Positions 24,661 to 37,082 of a stretch of 64,000 nt of DNA are shown piece by piece. Position 1 is the stretch's first letter; every line of letters starts with the position of its first letter. Origin of the DNA: Heterodontus francisci (taxonomy: Eukaryota); contig NC_090382.1 of the NCBI RefSeq assembly GCF_036365525.1, positions 94,535,982 to 94,599,981 of the forward strand. Direction: 5' to 3'. Both the position numbers and the translations under genes were made by a program. The notes beneath the pieces were generated by a model. It saw only the letters and a list, made by a program, of their open reading frames with translations. It did no database searches and was not told the origin of the DNA.

Positions 24661-25473
24661 TTGTCAACTGTAGCTATTATTTTGCACTTCATTTGCTGAT
24701 GAGATAATTTTTCTGCATTCTTCCCTTCTCCTGCTGATAGCTGCCAGGATTCTTGGCCACAAACACTGGTGATCTGATGTTGGGATTTGGAGCTCTGTTG
24801 GGGTGAAAAATTCTATGCCAGGAATTCTATTTTGGAAGCAATGATGCAAGCTGAGCCATTTTCAATTATGGTACTTGAAGGAGAACATTTTTAGACATAA
24901 CAGTGCCACAACAATGTAAAATGAGAATTGGAGCAGTGCAGGACTACAGTTTGATGGCAAGTAAAAGAGGTACCAATGTTCTGATCTGTCATTTCACAAA
25001 GGCTGCCACGGCAGCATTTGTTGAGCTCATGATACTTAAAGAGCCAGATAACATCGTCACTGAAGTGCCATCTGGAAGCACAATCCTTCAGAACATTGTG
25101 ACCACTCACTACTTTTTAATATATTTAAAATAGGTGCTACATTTGTTTGCTTTCAAGCCTGTGACATTTTTCCAGTACTTGATTTATTATAGCCAATGCC
25201 CCACAAATTTCCTCCCTGCTTTTCTTTAGCAACTGAGGATATGTGTCCTCTCGTACTTGCCATTTGTTAGTCTGCTTGAATGCAGTTCTCTTCAAATTGA
25301 GTTCAATTTTCAAATTAAAAGTAGGATAACAGGGACCCTGAGCTGCCCATTCAGCAGGGATTTAACCCCAATTAAATGAATCAGGACCTTAAAGCATGTG
25401 ACAAGACAAGTCAATTAGCTCATTAAGCTCACTCCTTCCACAAAGCACATACCATTGATCCCGGCATGGATTC

Positions 25474-28400
25474 TGTTGTGGGACGACTTTAAGAGGACCA
25501 CCTTAAGAAGCTGTAAGTGACAGTCAACGGAGGAAGTGATGTCATGTCACACGTAACCAGAGAGTCCTGGGTAGCCCGACAGAGTGAGCTGTATGTTAGT
25601 GTGGCTCTTATATGTTCTAGTTAAGTCAGAATAAAAACCCACATTTTCTTTGGATATTACTTGTAGTCCTGTGAGTTTTACAATAGTTCACATACCAAAG
25701 GAGCAAGTAATATTACATGGTGGCAACACTTGGGATATATTTTTTATGACGACCAGCTATTATTACATCGTGGCAACATTTGCTTTTTTCTGAAGGCACA
25801 CTAAGAGAGAACAAGGAACAGCTTATTGCCTACTTGGAGTGGCTGAAGATTCTGCAGGAGAGAAGCTGGCAGTGGGCTAGGCCCACAGACAGGACCCAGG
25901 GTGGTGTTGAAACTCTGTGTCCAGCAGACAATTTTCCAGGAGATCAGAGCTTTCAACTAATCTGACAGTGGGGCGAAAAGTTTGAAAAGAATTAGTACAG
26001 CCATAACTGCTTCAGCTTTCCTGGTTTTATGACTTTATGGGCAGGGCCTAAGCCAAAAAGAGCAGGAAGAGATCAACAGTGCTATTGGGGGTTCAACACA
26101 ATGTAAAAGGCTGGTTGTAGCAGCTGCGAGTACTGCAAGCTGAAGCTTTTTGCAAAAAAACTGCTCTCTGAATTTAAAACAAATTGAACAAGCTGTGTAA
26201 ACAAAGTACTGCTCTATCAATTTAAGAAAATCTGAGCTGTGTAAACAAAAAGCAGCTGCTGTCCTCTCACTCTTAAAAGGGGCAAGCTTATAAAAATGAA
26301 CCTGTTTAAAAAAATTAAATAGAAAGCTGTATCTGTAAAACGTTTATAAAATAGCTGGATCATCCAGAAAATGGCTTTCAGATATGCAGTTATGGACTGG
26401 AAGTTGTTGGACATAGCATATGAATTTAAACTGTTTCAACAACAGATGGAACTGGGTTTCCTGGATCAAGACGTGAGCAAACAATAGAAACAAGCTGTCA
26501 AAATCAAGATTGCACTGTGCAATGAGTGCCTGCAATGGATCAACACATCAGATGTCAGCTGAGGCTCAGAATGATCCCAGCAAGCGATGGACATTCTTGG
26601 AAGAGCAACTCAAGGTGAATGTCAATTTTCAAGTACATAAACTTGAGCTTATGACCTACCAGCAAAGGCAAGATGAGTCCATTGTCCAGTTTGTTGGAAG
26701 GTGCCGAGACAAAGCTCAAGAATGCGACTTCGCAGATAGAGTTGTCAAAATGGGTTACAGAGCTAGTAATCGCATCCACCCCACTTTCAAAAAGACCTGC
26801 TAGAAAAGAAGAAAAGTACACCACTCGATGAAGGAAATTTGAAACCACCATAGCTGGGTATCAATAGTTAAAAGCATTGGGGGTGGCTACAGCAATTGGT
26901 ATGGTAAATAAGACTCCGAAGTCTACTAAGCCTTGTGGCAAATGTGGCTGACTCACCCAATTTGCAGTTGTCCAGCGTAACAGGACCAGTGCAAAGGTTG
27001 TGGAATGCAAGGACATTGGGCAAGGCAGTGCAGAAGGCCAAGCTCAGATACTATACTCAGGAATGGTGGCAGATCACATGCAGAGAAAATGTTTGCGAGA
27101 CGTGATGGCAAATACAACAAAAGGTATGCCGACACAACCAAAACCCAAGCAGGTACATCAGGTCAGCAGAGAGACAGGAGGACACAGGTGAAGAATGCAG
27201 TTGAGCGAACAGTGAGCAAGTATTTCACATAGTTAACTTGGAACAACATGTTAATGCTATTACACAACATGAGACATTTGCCATGATTGGGATTATATGT
27301 GCACAGAAGAGTGGCAAGCATAAGCTCAGAGCAAAAATCGACACTGGAGCAAGTGCAAATATTCTGCCCATTCGCAAGCTGAAGACATGTATCGAAAGAA
27401 TTGGGAATCTACGGTACAACCCACCACAGCTGGGCTGACAGCCTACAATGGTTATCCAATCAAGTGCATTTGCACAATAACCTTGCAGTGCAGCTATGGA
27501 AGCTCTGAATGGCTACCACAAATGTTTTATACTATAGACACAACTGGACTAGCTGTCGCAGGACTTTCAGTTTACTGATGTCTACAAATTGTCACAATGC
27601 ATGAAGTCAGTAATGCACCGAATTTGGTAGAAAATAGCCAGGTCGAGTGCATCAGGTCAGTCCATGTAAAGGATGACAAAAATGCTGGAAGTCTTGACAT
27701 GAAGGGACGATATGACCAGGAGTCAATTCGTTACAGCAAGTACCCAGAGGCCAGAGGGATTGCCAGTGATTGGTGGTGTTGCCAGTTATCATGTTTCTAA
27801 GCTTTCCAAACAAGGGAAGGTGAAAGCATCAGATGACTGGCAAGCAGGACCAGAATTAGCTCGATTGCGAGTAGGACAGAAGGTCAGAGTCCTCAATCAT
27901 GCGCCGGGAACTTAGTATTCTGCAGGGGTTGCTAGGATATGCGACCAGCCCAGATCGTATGAGGTCCTGATACACAATGGTGCGACTCTCAGACGGAACC
28001 AAAGTCAACTAAGAGAGCTGTACAACATCACGACATGTGACAACCCTGTGGCATTGCAGACACGTTCAAAGGCAAAGTCTGAAGACGAACATACAGAGAC
28101 TACGAGCACAGAAGAAGAATATGCCAACCAGAGTTTTGAGTCATCAGAGTCTCAGAGGAGTCGTCCGGACAAGCTCAACTCTGGGAAGAGGTTTACGATA
28201 ACAAAATTGGGACGAATAAGCCAAACTCCTCAACGTTTTAGAGAGTGTTAAACTTGCTTACTTGTAAATATTGTTTTGTTTTAATCATGTATAGTTAGTC
28301 CAAACTGCAACATTGTTGTTTATTGTACATATGCTTTTATCTTTGAAAAATAGGGATGTTGTCAGATGGCCTTAAGGGGAGCACCTTAAGAAGCTGTAAG

Positions 28401-28549
28401 TGAAGGTCACCAGAGGAAGTGATGACCAGGGAGAGTGTTGGTGTGGCAGAGGTTAAGTTATAATAAATACCCACATTTTCCTTGGATATTATTTGTAGTC
28501 TTGTGAGTCTTACAATAGTTCATATCCCAAAGGAATAAGTACTCTTACT
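25474..28549 (+). mobile_element. Gypsy-like LTR retrotransposon, non-autonomous (gag, protease and integrase C-terminal tail only)
   Basis: LTRs at 25474-25717 and 28357-28549 (shared caccttaagaagctgtaagtga, acccacattttc); PBS tggtggca; PPT gaaaaataggga; gag QQRQDESIVQFVGR, CGMQGHWARQC; protease KIDTGASANILP; IN tail LRVGQKVRV...PRSYEV...LRRNQSQL. Confidence 0.9.
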
Positions 28550-28574
28550 CATTATATTAATATTCCACATAAAT

Positions 28575-28752
28575 GGTTCAAAATCCTGGAACTCCCTCCC
28601 TAACAGCACTGTGGGTGTACCTACATCACATGGACTGCAGTGGTTCAAGAAGATGGCGCACTACCACTTTCTCAATGGCAATTAAGGATGGGCAATAAAT
28701 GATTGCCTGGCTAGCAACGTCCACATCCTATGAACAAGTTAAAAAAAAAAAT
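28575..28752 (+). mobile_element. CR1-group LINE (family 2) 3' fragment
   Basis: aaaatcctggaactccctccctaacagcactgtgg...ggatgggcaataaatg, then poly(A). Confidence 0.85.
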
Positions 28753-28899
28753 CCTCCAAGGGAACATTGTTCAAAATCTCTCCCTCCCAAAATTTCACCG
28801 AACTGGACAACCTGCTTTATTTAACTCTGGTCAGTTGCTTTCCACGTGTAACGTTTGCATCCTAGTTGCACAGCGAGTATTTAATATTGATGCCTATAG

Positions 28900-29340
28900 T
28901 TATCTTTAGAACCTTAAATCCCTGTCTTAGCTAGATATCAGCCTAGCTTTTTATTTTAAAGAATGAATTAGCACCTCTTGTTTATGCTGCCAGTCTATCC
29001 AACATATTGATTGCTGATTAAGTGAGGAGGATTCTTCTTTACCAGTCTTAGAATCAAAGTTCAAAAGTCTATTTATATTAATGTTCGCTACTCTTCTTGG
29101 CATTTTAAAAACCTGAATCATGTCTCCTACCAATCTCCTTTTCACCAATAAGAGCTAATTCAGTTGTAGTTTGAGTGTCCTGGAATTTTTCTGAATTCTT
29201 TTCCCAATGCATCAGTGCCTTTTGAAAGTATTTTGCTTGAAATTTATGAAGTAATCCAAATGTGGCCTCAACAATGATCTGTGGAATGTCAGCATAACTT
29301 GTTTCAACTTATAATTGAATGTCCTACATCCCAAATCTTG
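28900..29340 (-). mobile_element. Old CR1 fragment
   Basis: KRRLVGDMIQVFKM on the minus strand. Confidence 0.6.
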
Positions 29341-29387
29341 ATTAGTGATGCTAAAAACAGGTGCACATTGATACCTTCAGTGCACAA

Positions 29388-30643
29388 TGTCATGAAGACC
29401 CCACCTGCCACAAATGAGGCATATTAATTTTGTCATATGAACATTAATTTTAAACTGTTGCTGGAATGAAGAAATGATTTGTTTAAAGAGATCAGCAGTG
29501 GCTGGAAAACATTTGCATACTAAGAGACAGGGCCTGGATACAATAGAACGGCTCCCTGATCCAATTAACCCAAATGGACTTTGATCACCAGACATTGAAT
29601 GTGTAAGAAAGCCAGCATTCCAGGGTGTCTGCTAAGATGGAGAATCCACAAACACAGGAGTTTGTTAAAACAGCTAGTCACATGACTAATCTGCTGGACT
29701 AGGTTTTGTTTGAACTGCTCACAGCACAGTTTGGGGCAGTTTGCAACTGAGCTTGGAAAAAGAGAGCCTCTCTCCTGGCTAGCTCTCTCTCTCTCTCTCA
29801 TGAATTTCCAGATCCACTGAAGACAGTTAAACCTCAAGAGAAAATACTCCTACATTGAAACAAGTTTGAAAGCGTCCACAGGGCCCCAACAAAACAGCAA
29901 GGCAGCTGCAATCAAAGACTCTACATCAAACTCAATGGACAGTAAATAAACCCCAGCTATTGCTTCAAACTTTTCCCCTTTATTCTTTCTACTTTTCTGT
30001 CTCCATCTGCTTGTGTGTTTGTTGCGTATGCATGCGTGATTGCTTCGCGGATTCACTGTCGCTTTAACTGAATTAGAGTTTTAAGGTTAATAAACTTCCA
30101 CCTTTCTTGTTTAAATCTAATAAAACCTGTCTGGTTGATTTCTTTACCTTACAATTGGAGAGCAGTGAACAAAGGATTCACTGAAGGGGGAGCTAAAAAC
30201 ACAGAGTTTTAAAAATTAAACCCTGTTACAGTCAAACCAGGCAAAGGCTGAGAGGGTGGCACAGTGGCTAGCACCACAGCCTCACAGCTCCAGCGACCCG
30301 GGTTCAATTCTGGGTACTGCCTGTGTGGAGTTTGCAAGTTCTCCCTGTGTCTGCGTGGGTTTTCGCCAGGTACTCCGGTTTCCTCTCACCACCAAAGACT
30401 TGCAGGTTGATAGGTAAATTGGCCATTATAAATTGCCCCTTATAAATTGCCCCTAGTATAGGGAGGTGGTAGGGGAATATAGGGACAGGTGGGGATGTGG
30501 TAGGGATATGGGATTAGTGTAGGATTAGTATAAATGGGTGGTTGATGGTCGGCACAGACTCGGTGGGCCGAAGGGCCTGTTTCAGTGCTGTTTCTCTAAA
30601 ATAAATTTTTTTTAAAAAAATTCCTTTCTCACCTGGTCATACA
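29388..30643 (+). mobile_element. Long solo LTR (ERV- or Gypsy-type) with an HE1 SINE inserted
   Basis: Starts tgtcatgaagacccca, ends cacctggtcataca; AATAAA and aaacctgtctg blocks shared with 34275-35154; 5' part matches 58223-58515 in reverse. Confidence 0.75.
30254..30620 (+). mobile_element. HE1-type V-SINE
   Basis: tRNA-like head (gggttcaattc), V-domain tgtgtggagtttgca.gttctccc...ctccggtttcct, CR1-like tail gggccgaagggcctgtttc; internal 14-bp tandem duplication ttataaattgcccc at 30426-30453. Confidence 0.93.
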
Positions 30644-31100
30644 TCGATCAATAAGCACATCCAAAGCTTTTTCCACCTTTTCTAACAAGCAAATTCATCA
30701 TGTTCATGTTTTTGGTTTCATTGTGCATTAAATTACATTTACTCACATTAAAATCCAACCTCTCTTGCTCACAAAACTTGGTATGATCTGCTAATGTTCT
30801 CAGATTGAAGATCCTTTTTATGAGGGAGGAAAGATTTCTCATATGATTTTCTGTTGTAAGTTCATATACGCGCTCTTTTTATCTGCACTTATGATGCTAG
30901 TTTAGGTGATTTACAGACAGTGTACATAGTAAAAAAGTTGTGAGTTAACATTTATCTTTTAATTTTAAGTATGATACTAGTCAAACAGGTAGGTTTTAAG
31001 GATAGTCTTAAAGGAGGAAAGCGATATAGAGGGGCAGAGGGGTACAGGGAGGGAATTCCAGAGCTTAGGGCAGAGGCAACTGAAGGCACGGCACCAATGG

Positions 31101-31339
31101 GGTTGCATTGTTGGGTTTGTATTAATAACATTGTTGAGTGTTCTAGAGAAAGTTAATGATTAACTCACAACTATTATTTACAGTTACGATGTACACTCTC
31201 TGCAAGCCACCTAAGCTGCTTTGCTGCTATACCTTCTTCTTCCCAAGCTTAGCTCATGTACTATTACATCATCGCTCATACAGTGGGAGGGATCATTCTC
31301 ACTGTCTTTGGTATTAACCTTTTACATCCTTATACTACA
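31101..31339 (-). mobile_element. Solo LTR (Gypsy-like, 239 bp) inside the L2
   Basis: Minus strand begins TGTAGT; 5-bp TSD AATGG at 31096-31100 and 31340-31344; L2 resumes cleanly afterwards. Confidence 0.7.
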
Positions 31340-32170
31340 AATGGTAGAGCAATTAAATCTGGGATGCTCAAGATGCCAGAATTAGAGGAGCACAAATATC
31401 TTGAAGCATTGTCGGGCTGGAGAAGATTACAGAGACAGAGAGGGATGAAGCCATGGAGGGATTTGAAAACAAGGTTGAGAATTTTAAAATCAAAATGTTG
31501 TTTGACTAGGAGCCAATGTAGGTCAGCAAACACAGGGGTGATAGGGAAACAGTTCTTGGTGAAAGTAAAGGCATGGACAGCAGAGTTTTGGATGACCTGG
31601 GAGACCAGGACCAGCCAGTGTTGCAATAGTCAAGTCTGAGGTAACGAAGGCATGAATGAGAGTTTCAGCAGCAGATAACCTGAGACAGGGATGAAGTCGG
31701 GCGATGTTAGGGAAGTGGAAATAGGCAATCTTAGTAATGGCGTGAATATGAGGTCGGAAGCATGTCTTGGTATCAAATGTGAACAGACTGGCTTAATCTC
31801 AGACTGTTGCCAGGGAGTGGGATGGAATTGCTAGCTCGGGAACAGAGTTTGGAGCAGGAACCAAAAGCAATGGCTTCAGCCTTCCAGATATTTAACTGGA
31901 GGAAATTTTTTGATCATCCAATACTTGATGTTGGATAAGCAGTCTGGTAGTTTAGCAACAGTGGAGGAGTTGAGAGAAATGGTGGCGAAGTAGAGTTGTG
32001 TGTCGCCAGGGTACATGTGAAAACGAATGCTATGTTTTCGGATGTTGTCACCGAGGCAGCATGTAGATGACAAATAGAAGGGGGCCAGGGATAGATCCTT
32101 GGGGAACACCAGAGGTAACAGTGCGGGTGCAGGAAGAGAAGCCGTTGCAAGTGATCCTCTGGCTACGATT

Positions 32171-33008
32171 TTTCTTCTCTTATTCTTCTTCGGCCTCCTT
32201 GTCTCGAGAGACAATGGGTAAGTGCCTGGAGGTGGTCAGTGGTTTGTGAAGCAGCGCCTGGAGTGGCTATAAAGGCCAATTCTAGAGTGACATACTCTTC
32301 CACAGGTGCTGCAGATAAAATTGGTTGTCGGGGCTGTTACAACGTTGGCTCGTCCCTTGCGCTTCTGTCTTTTTTCCTGCCAACAGCTAAGTCTCTTCGA
32401 CTCGCCACTCTTTAGCCCTGCCTTTATGGCTATCTGCCAGCTTTGGCAATCACTGGCAACTGACTCCCATGACTTGTGATCAATGTCACAGGACTTCATG
32501 TCGCGTTTGCAGACGTCTTTAAAGCGGAGACATGGATGGCCGGTGGGTCTGATACCAGTGACGAGCTCACTGTACAATGTGTCCTTGGGGATCCTGCCAT
32601 CTTCCATGCAGATCACATGGCCAAGACATCTCAAGCGCCGCTGGCTCAGTAGGGTGTATATGCTGGGGATGTTGGCCGCCTCGAGGCCCTCTGCATTTGA
32701 GATACAGTCCTGCCACCTGATGCCAAGGATTCTCCTGAGGCAGCGAAGATGGAATGAATTGAGACGTTGCTCTTGGCTGACATACATTGTCCAGGCCTCG
32801 CTGCCGTAGAGCAAGGTACTGAGGACACAGGCTTGATACACTCGGACTTTTGTGTTCCGTGTCAGTGCGCCATTTTCCCACACTCTTGGCCAGTCTGGAC
32901 ATAGCAGCTGACGCCTTTCCCATGCGCTTGTTGATTTCTACATCGAGAGACAGGTTACTGGTGATAGTTGAGCCGAGGTAGGTGATCTTTTGAACTCGTA
33001 GAACTGGT
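32171..33008 (-). mobile_element. RTE-clade LINE (second subfamily) inside the L2
   Basis: 215-aa ORF TKVRVYQACVLSTLLYGSE...CSTCGRVCHSRIGLYSH; 13-bp TSD tctggcta(c/t)gatt at 32158-32170 and 33009-33021. Confidence 0.95.
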
Positions 33009-34274
33009 TCTGGCTATGATTAGATAGATAAGAATGGAACCAGGTGGCAGCAGTCCCCCCAGCTGGATGACAGTGGAGAGGCATTGGAGGAGGAAGGTGT
33101 GGTCAACCGTTTCAAAGGCTGCATATAGTTCGAGAAGGATAAGGAGGAAATGTTTACCGTTGTCACAGTTACAAGGATATCATTTGTGACTTTGATAAGA
33201 GCTCTTTTGGTACTGTGGTAAGGGCAGAAACCTGATTGCAGGAATTCAAATATGGAATTCCGGAAAAGATGGAAATGGATTTGGGAGGCAACTACACATT
33301 CAAGGACTTGAGAGGAAAGAGAGGATGGAGATGGGATGGTAGTTTGCAAAGACGGTGGGGTCAAGAGTTGTTTTTTTGAGGATAGGGGTGATGGTGGCAG
33401 ACTAAAAGGAGAGAGGGGCAACACCTGAAGAGAGAGAACCATGAACAATATTGGCTAACATGGGGACCAGAAGGGGCCGTTGGGTGGTCAGCAGTTTAGT
33501 GGGAATAGGATTCAGGAATCAGGAGGTGGGTCTCATGGATAAGAGGAGAGAAACTACAGAAGGATGCAAGTTCTGGGTTAGGGCAGCAGGAAGCATTGGA
33601 GGAAGTTTGACCAAGTGGGCTGGTGGAAGGGAGAGACACAGCAGAGGAAGCTGATTGGATGGACTTGATCATAGTGACAAAGAAGTCCATGAACTCCTCG
33701 CACTTATTGTTGGAGGCGAGGATGGAAGGGACAGGGGAGAGGGATTTAAGAAGTCAGTCTGAAGTAGAGAAAAGAAGCTGGGGTTGTCTGCATTTCAGGG
33801 TGATCCTGGAATATTGAACAGTTTCAGCAGATGAGAGCAGGAACCGATCGTGTTTTAAATGGTCCAGCCAGATCTGGCCGTGGATGGCTGGACCAGTTGT
33901 CCACCATGTCCTTTCAAGTCTGCAACACTTGGACTTAAGGGAGCGGAGATGAGAACTTTCCATAAAAGATGACAACGCACCATAAAAATATCAATTGTTT
34001 GACAGATGTCAACATAATTACATTTTTTCTCCATAGACAGCAATTTAAATTCTTTAAAATCTTTTCCCTAGGTACTTAGCTGATGAGAATGCTGACATCC
34101 ACAAGGTAACTACTCAAGACGATTGATAGTCCGTGTCAGGTTTATTTGATGGAGAATATTTTTGACAGTGGTTTTACTCTTTAAACAGAAGTATTTTTCC
34201 AAGTTTACTGGCGATAATGCTTTTTTAAAATGAAGATATGCTTGACAAGGGGCTTATCAAAGAAGAATTCCTGC

Positions 34275-35154
34275 TGTTATGAAAACCCACATGCCAAATG
34301 GGAAATATTAATTTCATCGATTGGAACATTGCCTAAGATCTTTGCTGTAAATTCTTACAAATAACTTCTTTTAAAAAGAGTAACCTGGCAGCCAAGATGG
34401 CCATGAGAATTTGTATTTGAAACACCAAAGGATTAGGTGGAAGACAACATAACTGATTCAACCTAGCCAGCACAATGTGGTGCTCTCTGATTAAATTACC
34501 TAAAATGGCTTTTGTCAACATGGTTGTCAAGAGTCCTCGACACCCATTGACTTTGAAAGAGTCAACCCCCTCCAAGTGTGATGGAGACAGCAGACAGTAA
34601 CTGAAAACCATTAAGGGAACAGCTCGCTCTTTCCCTCCCTCTCTCCAGTAGAGATCCAGAGGAGTCTCAGTTGCAGCTGGTAAAGCCAAGTCTACAGACT
34701 CTGACAACCAACAACTAGGATACAAGCAAGTCTGCAACTGTGCACATGGCCCAGAGAGGATTTCAGGACCAGAAATGCAACTAAGAACTCTGGGACTGCT
34801 GAACTGTTTTTAAATTCCAGTTATTATAGACTGTACTCCAACAACCCAACTCCGTTTTGCCCTCTGTAATCTATTTGTGTGTATGTGTGTGTGTGTGCGT
34901 CTCTCGTGTGAATGTGAGCGTATTTTTCGTCACTTTAAAACTGGTTTAGAGGAATAAGGATAATAAACTTACATCATGCTTCCTTAAACTCAAGAAAACC
35001 TGTCTGATTGGTTCATTTGAAATTGTATTCGAGGAACAGGAGCAAGCACTCACTGAGGTGGTAAGTTCAATCATGATCTTCCAAAAGAATAAACCTTGTT
35101 GCAGTCAAACCAGAAAAGGGGCGCCTAAGACACCTTCCTCACCTGTTCATAACA
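34275..35154 (+). mobile_element. Long solo LTR
   Basis: tgttatgaa...ttcataaca inverted termini; 4-bp TSD ctgc/ccgc (one CpG transition); internal (TG)n and AATAAA. Confidence 0.85.
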
Positions 35155-35557
35155 CCGCAATCAAGAATTTTCAGCACTGCAGGTATTGGCTGCAGCCGAA
35201 AAAATCAGCAATCAATGCAAATATTGAATTTACCATTTCTGCTGTTGTTTAACCAAAACCCCCATACCCACAGTAACCCAAGCAAACCTATTAACAGGAA
35301 GGCAAAGTTAACTTCTCAGAGACGTACTTCACCGATATAGTTCCATAATTACCAATCCATCAGACACTGAGGCCTGTGGAGGGGTGGGGGCGGGGTGGAA
35401 AGTAAGAGGGGAGAGATTATCGGGATTGAGCATAGCAAGGGCCAGCAACAGTCTATGGGACTGCTGTGGAGCCAAGAGGAACATTCCAGATCCTCCAAAC
35501 TCCACATGCAGGTAATATTTTTGTTACAAAACTTATATTTTTAGTGGCAACCTCCAG

Positions 35558-37082
35558 TTGTTAAAAGAAGCTAGAGAGGAAATAGCAGAAGGTCTGACCA
35601 TCATTTTCCAGTCCTCACTGGATACAAGTGTAGTGCCGGAAAATTGGAGGACTGCTAATGTTTAAAAAGGGAGTGAGGGATGTATCGAATAATTACAAGC
35701 CAGTCAGTTTAAGCTCAGTAGTAGGCAAATTATTGGAATCTATTCTGAGAGACAGGATAAACTGTAACTTAGAAAGGCATAGGTTAATCAAGGATAGTCA
35801 GCATGGATTTGTTAAGGGAAGATCTTGGTTGACCAATTTGATCGAATTTTTTGAAGAAGTAACAAGGAAGATAGATGAGGATAGTTCATGTGGTCTACAT
35901 GGATTTTAACAAGGCTTTTGACAAGGTCCCACATGGCAGACTGGATTAAAAAAAGATCCCATGGAATCCAGGGAAATGCAGCAAGGTGGATACAAAATTG
36001 GCTCTGTGGCAGGAAACTAAGGGTAATTGTTGACGGGTGTTTTAGTGATTGGAGGACTGTTTCCAGTGGCGTTCTGCAGGGCTCAGTAGCGAGTCCCCTG
36101 CTTTTTGTGGTGTATATCAACAATTTGGACATAAATATAGGGCACATGATCAATAAGTTTGCAGACGACACGAAGATTGGCCGTGTGGTAGATAGCGAGG
36201 AGGATAGCTGTAGGCTGCAAGAAGATATTGATGGTCTAGTCAGATGGGCAGAAAAGTGGCAAATGGAATTCAACTTAGAGAAGTGTGAGGTGATGCATTT
36301 GGGAAGGTCAAACAAGGCAAAGGAATACACCATTAATGGGAAAATACTGAGAGATGTAGAGGAACTGAGGGACTTTGGAGTGAATGTCCAGACATCCCTG
36401 AAGGTAGCAGGACAGGTCAATAAGGTGGTTAAGGCGGCATATGGAATTCTTTCCTTTATTAGTCGAGATATAGAATATAAGAGCAGGGAGGTTATGCTGG
36501 AACTGTATAACTCATTGGTTAGGCCACAACTTGAGTACTGTGTCAGTTCTGGTCACCTCATTATAGAAAGGATGTAACTGAACTAGAGAGGGTGCAGAGG
36601 AGATTTACAAGGATGTTGCCAGGACTGGAAAAATGCAGCTAAGCGGAAAGATTGGATAGGCTGGGGTTGTTCTCTTTGGAACAGAGAAGGCTGAGGGGCG
36701 GTCTGATTGAAATGTACAAAATTTTGAGGGGCCTGGATAGAGTGGAGGTGAAGGGTCTATTCCACTTAGCAGAGATGTCGGTGATGAGGGGGCATTGATT
36801 TAAAGTGATTGGTAGAAAAATTAGAGGGGAGATGACGAAAAACTTTTTCACCCAGAGGGTGGTGGGAGTTTTGATCTCTGTCTGAAAGCGTAGTTGAGGC
36901 AGAAACCATCAACTCATTCAAAAGGAGTCTGGATATGCACCTCAATTGCCGTAATCTGCAAGGCTACAGACCAAATGTTGGAAGGTGGGATTTGAATAGA
37001 TGGATCGTTTTTCAGCTGGCACAGACACGAGGGGCCAAGTGGCCTCTTTGTGTGCCTTAAACTTTCTATGATTCTATGATTC
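35558..37082 (+). mobile_element. CR1/HER1-like LINE, 5'-truncated
   Basis: NYKPVSL, QHGFVKGRS, KFADDTK, RPQLEYCV; tail (ttctatga)n. Confidence 0.96.

Larger units (their letters stand above)
30975..33960 (-). mobile_element. L2 LINE, decayed, interrupted by a solo LTR and an RTE
   Basis: QSGFCPYHSTKRALIKVTND, HMYPGDTQLY, ITPVFADLHWL..FKIL..VFKSLHG on the minus strand. Confidence 0.92.
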
